In this document: piece after piece, positions 59,571 to 64,000 of the stretch | How positions within the stretch are numbered: the first letter of the stretch is position 1 | How the letters are laid out: each line of letters starts with the position of its first letter | DNA from: an uncultured cyanobacterium | GTDB lineage: Bacteria > Cyanobacteriota > Cyanobacteriia > PCC-6307 > Cyanobiaceae | DNA: 64,000 bases | Direction of reading: 5' to 3' | Assembly: GCA_963765575.1 (NCBI GenBank) | Contig: CAVXWZ010000011.1 | Span: forward strand, 288,001 to 352,000 | The notes under the pieces: generated by a model | Database searches by the model: none | What the model saw: the letters and a program-made list of their open reading frames with translations, nothing else | What the model was told of the DNA's origin: nothing | Program-made: the position numbers and the translations under genes

Positions 59571-60053
59571 ATGCACATCCTCAAGAAGCCCGACCTCACC
59601 GATCCCGCCCTGCGCGCCAAGCTGGCCAAGGGTATGGGCCATAACTACTACGGAGAACCTGCCTGGCCCAACGACCTGCTGTATATGTTCCCGGTTGTGA
59701 TCCTGGGGACAATCGGCTGCATCGTTGGTTTGGCAGTGCTCGATCCGGCCATGCTCGCTGACAAGGCCGACCCCTTCGCTACCCCACTGGAAATCCTCCC
59801 GGAGTGGTACCTCTACCCGGTGTTCCAAATCCTGCGGGTAGTTCCCAACAAGCTGCTGGGTATCGCCCTACAGACCATGATTCCGCTGGGATTGATGCTG
59901 ATCCCATTCATTGAAAGCTTCAACAAGTTTCAGAACCCTTTCCGCCGACCTGTCGCCACAGCTGCTTTTCTGTTCGGCACTGCTTTCACCATCTACCTTG
60001 GTATTGGTGCTGCCCTCCCGATTGACAAGTCACTGACTCTCGGACTGTTCTGA
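59571..60053 (+). CDS. petD: cytochrome b6f subunit IV
   Basis: [18 protein letters not shown], 160 aa. Confidence 0.99.
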   Translation: MHILKKPDLTDPALRAKLAKGMGHNYYGEPAWPNDLLYMFPVVILGTIGCIVGLAVLDPAMLADKADPFATPLEILPEWYLYPVFQILRVVPNKLLGIALQTMIPLGLMLIPFIESFNKFQNPFRRPVATAAFLFGTAFTIYLGIGAALPIDKSLTLGLF

Positions 60054-60075
60054 TTTTTATTTACTTGATCCAAGC

Positions 60076-60117
60076 CTAAATGCGAAAGCTACTGGCAATC
60101 AGTGGTTTTGCATTTAG
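60076..60117. terminator. hairpin between convergent petD and invertase genes
   Basis: CTAAATGCGAAAGCTACTG / CAGTGGTTTTGCATTTAG imperfect inverted repeat in an AT-rich spacer. Confidence 0.6.
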
Positions 60118-60179
60118 CGATTAGATTCTTGATCGCAACTTATTTTGCCTTTTGGTCGTAGCTGAAGCTACGGCCTTTT

Positions 60180-61646
60180 TTATGCTTTCCTGCCACGGCG
60201 CTGGCCGTCCAGGTGCAACAGCCAGGCATCTTCTGGGTTGACCCGCAGAAAATGATGGAGCAGCAGAAATCCGACAATTGTCCAGGTTTGGTAAGTGCGG
60301 GCCTGCTGGCCTACCCAGGTGCCCGTCGGTCCATCAAAGTATTCTGCCCATTGCTGCCGTGGCAGCTGATTGAGATGGCTCCAATAGCATTCCTCAATCA
60401 TCGCTCGCATCTGGGCCATCAACAGCACATCAGCGCTGGGGTTGCTGAGTTCATGCAAGAGCACGGCCCCGCCCAAATACCAGAGCAGGCTTGGCCAGTG
60501 GCCACCATTGTGGTAGCTCCACGGCCAGTTCTTGGGATCTGATCCTGTCTTGTTGGCCCACTCCTCCATTTCCATCGGTGGGTGACAGATGCGCATCGGC
60601 ATCTGGGCCATGAGATGTTCTCGGTTGTGCAGCACCAACCGAAACAGAGCCCGCTGCTGAGGTGCAGTGATAATTCCGAAAAGGCAGGCCAGCGTATTGC
60701 CGAGGCTGTAGAAGCGAAAATCAGGACGTCCGGTTCTGATGTTGCCGATCAGGTATCCGCCCCTGTTCTCAAGCCAATCTTGCAGCCACGGCGGAATCAC
60801 CCTGGGTTGCACATTGAATTCATTCTGATGCTGTTGATCTCCATACTGCTCGGTGGGTCGTCGCCGCAGCACCTGCATGGTCTTGCTGGTCACCCAGTAG
60901 TGCTTGAGCAGAAACAAGCGCAGGTCATGTAACCACTTGCGCGTCACCACCAGCCGCTGCTCCAGCAACCTGCTTCTGGAGTGGGTCTGCGCCAGATCCA
61001 TCAGCTTGCAGCAGCTGCGCAGGCATCCGTAGAGGAGGGCTTCAACTTCCAGAGGGGCGCCCCACACGTCCATGGGCCGATCAATCATGAAGGCGCAGTC
61101 CGGCACGAACAACACCGGCGTTCCCTCGAAGCTCGGATGCAAGACCAGATCCAGCAGCAACTGCACGCCGCGCTGCACCTTCTGGCTGGTGGCGAACTCC
61201 ACGTCGCCGCTGCGCTGGACGTAGTACCAACAGAGCACCGGCCACCACAGGCTCGCGTCCACGGAGGTGATGCGTCCGATCGATCGCTGTCCATAGTCAG
61301 CCACCACCTCCCCCTGCTCTTCCACGAAGCTGGTGGGGAAGATCCCGCGGGTCTGGTACGACGTGCTCTGAAGGTCCAGACAGGTGCTGAGAAAATGGCG
61401 TACCACCCCGAAGCGCCCCTGCAGCAGCAGATACACCATCACGGGCACGTTGTCGCGCAGAAAAACTTCTCCGTAGTTGGCTGAATCGCTCTTGTGGGGA
61501 TGCTCCAGGGCCGCCACCGATCCCACCAGCTGTCCGCGCACGCTCACCAATGTGCGCTCGAACTGATCCCGGGCGGCAGCCACGACCGCCTCCTCCTTCG
61601 AACTGGGCCGCACGCGGAGCTGCTGCTGGCTGAACTGACCTGCCAT
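60180..61646 (-). CDS. alkaline/neutral invertase (GH100)
   Basis: NYGEVFLRD, DYGQRSIGR, VDASLWW, MIDRPM, WSYHNGGHWP, WAEYFDG, QTWTI. Confidence 0.95.
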   Translation of the reverse strand: MAGQFSQQQLRVRPSSKEEAVVAAARDQFERTLVSVRGQLVGSVAALEHPHKSDSANYGEVFLRDNVPVMVYLLLQGRFGVVRHFLSTCLDLQSTSYQTRGIFPTSFVEEQGEVVADYGQRSIGRITSVDASLWWPVLCWYYVQRSGDVEFATSQKVQRGVQLLLDLVLHPSFEGTPVLFVPDCAFMIDRPMDVWGAPLEVEALLYGCLRSCCKLMDLAQTHSRSRLLEQRLVVTRKWLHDLRLFLLKHYWVTSKTMQVLRRRPTEQYGDQQHQNEFNVQPRVIPPWLQDWLENRGGYLIGNIRTGRPDFRFYSLGNTLACLFGIITAPQQRALFRLVLHNREHLMAQMPMRICHPPMEMEEWANKTGSDPKNWPWSYHNGGHWPSLLWYLGGAVLLHELSNPSADVLLMAQMRAMIEECYWSHLNQLPRQQWAEYFDGPTGTWVGQQARTYQTWTIVGFLLLHHFLRVNPEDAWLLHLDGQRRGRKA

Positions 61647-61859
61647 GGATGATTCCCGATCCGCACCCAGGGCGGCTCACCGCTTCGACCCTAGAAGCGA
61701 CGGCAGGCTGGGGCGGTGCCCCAGCCTTGCTTCTGCAGATTCATCCCTTGGTGACACGGCGGGGCAAGGGGGCACCTCTGAGGCATCTCTCCCCTGAGTC
61801 TCTTCCCTTCGGATCGCGAGGAGACGCTGGCGAGGTTCATGCCCTGGGGCGAGGCGCTG

Positions 61860-61889
61860 TTGACATGAGCTGGGTGAGGGGGTTAGGTT
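61860..61889 (+). promoter_or_regulatory. probable rrn promoter
   Basis: TTGACA (61860-61865), 18-nt spacer, TAGGTT (61884-61889). Confidence 0.6.
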
Positions 61890-62180
61890 ATGGAGCTGCG
61901 CAAGCGAGAGCGAGCGAAGCAAGCGAGGCTGGTGAGGGGACGCGAGAGCGCCGCTGAGCAGAGCTGAGGTTGGTTGGCGAGGCAGGAGCTGAGCGCAGGA
62001 CCTGGAGCGATTGGTAGCGAGAGCGACCGGTGTTGTAGGTTTTCTGAGTTGCGACCGAGAGCACCCGAGAGGGAGAGCAGGAGGGAGCAACGGGCTGCCG
62101 AGAGCCGGAAGGCCTGAGGGGAGAGATCACTGGGTGTTGAATCCAGGGATTTTCCTTGAGGGTTGAGGGCGGAAGCAGCA

Positions 62181-62192
62181 GCACCTGGACAA
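62181..62192 (+). promoter_or_regulatory. boxA-like antitermination element of the rrn leader
   Basis: GCACCTGGACAA resembles the cyanobacterial boxA GAACCTTGA[A/C]AA. Confidence 0.5.
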
Positions 62193-62883
62193 TCCAAGAA
62201 GTTTAGGAACTGACGCTTTCACGGCGTCATGGTTTTAGAAGCGGAAGCTGCTGGATTTCCCTGGAAGGGAAAGTTGGTTGGTGGAGGTGGAAGGGGCTGT
62301 GACAGAAGCAAGCTGTGAAGGTGTGAGGTCCCGTCAAAAAGCAACAAGCGAGACAGAAGCGGCCGAGAGGGCCGAGAGCTGAGACCTTGGGAGCGTTGCT
62401 GTGTGTGGGCTTGCCGATTGCGGGAAGTGAACGGGCAGAGACGAGCTCAGGGGAGATCAGACCGACTGGAGAGCAGCGGATGTCTGTGATCGCGACCGGA
62501 TCTGAGATCTGGGAAAGTCATGACTTGAGGGAAGCGGAGCGGCTGAGCGATGGCGGAAGGAGCAGTGTGCGAAAGCAGACTGTTCAAGACGTGTATCGGT
62601 TGATGTTAGCGAAGTGTGACCAAGGGTTGTGCACTCTTAAGAACCCTTCTGTCAGAGGAAGGAGGCTCCAACTTTCAGGATTGCGAGAGCAAGAGCTGGG
62701 GGGTGAGAGCAAGTCAAGCTGAGACAATTTTAGCAGATGACCAATGGTTTTGATGGGTTAGTTGATTGGACGAGGTGAGGCATTAGTTTGCAACATTTTG
62801 ACTGATTGCTGGCAGCTTGCATGAATGTGCGAGACATCAAGATTGTGAATCAAGTGTTGGGGTTGATCAAGAGGGTTTGATCT

Positions 62884-64000
<1,117 letters not shown>

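Noticed and set aside
442..61646. Many long overlapping ORFs in the track (e.g. 442-2082, 2307-3950, 7607-9118, 41968-43467, 49062-51038)
   Set aside because: Antisense or off-frame shadows of clear genes, expected at this GC content; no family motifs

Overview
High-GC core chromosomal segment of a phycocyanin-rich picocyanobacterium (Cyanobium/Synechococcus type, judged from the 16S 5' part, gene content and absence of phycoerythrin genes in the rod locus). It carries about 65 protein genes, 4 tRNAs (Arg-CCG, Cys-GCA, Phe-GAA, Thr-TGT) and the start of an rrn operon. Main blocks: cobO/larE/speD/recF; trpE-gshA-ppc; a four-gene sulfotransferase/glycosyltransferase cassette between trpE and psaD; mrp-rodA-histidine kinase; hemF; purM/rlpA/panC-cmk; the phycobilisome rod locus between an LMW-PTP gene and tRNA-Phe (cpcC-cpcD-cpcBA-cpcC-cpcBA-cpcEF plus cpcT, with two almost identical cpcBA copies); metK, rps1, nrdR; psbB-psbT, psbM; dprA-prmC-tsaC; ctpA-HD-minCDE; petBD; neutral invertase. 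No integrase, transposase, prophage or CRISPR array is visible. Best leads: (1) the 3 sulfotransferase + GT92/GT2-like cassette (candidate glycan-sulfation system); (2) a roughly 100-nt multi-stem, possibly switchable RNA leader directly 5' of tRNA-Arg, back-to-back with a recF that seems to start at ATC; (3) two separate genes (comF and a small LuxR regulator) whose stop codon is the U8-A9-G10 of the downstream tRNA; (4) a LexA-box match on dprA and a ComF lacking its zinc ribbon. All calls come from reading motifs by eye; no database searches or folding programs were run.
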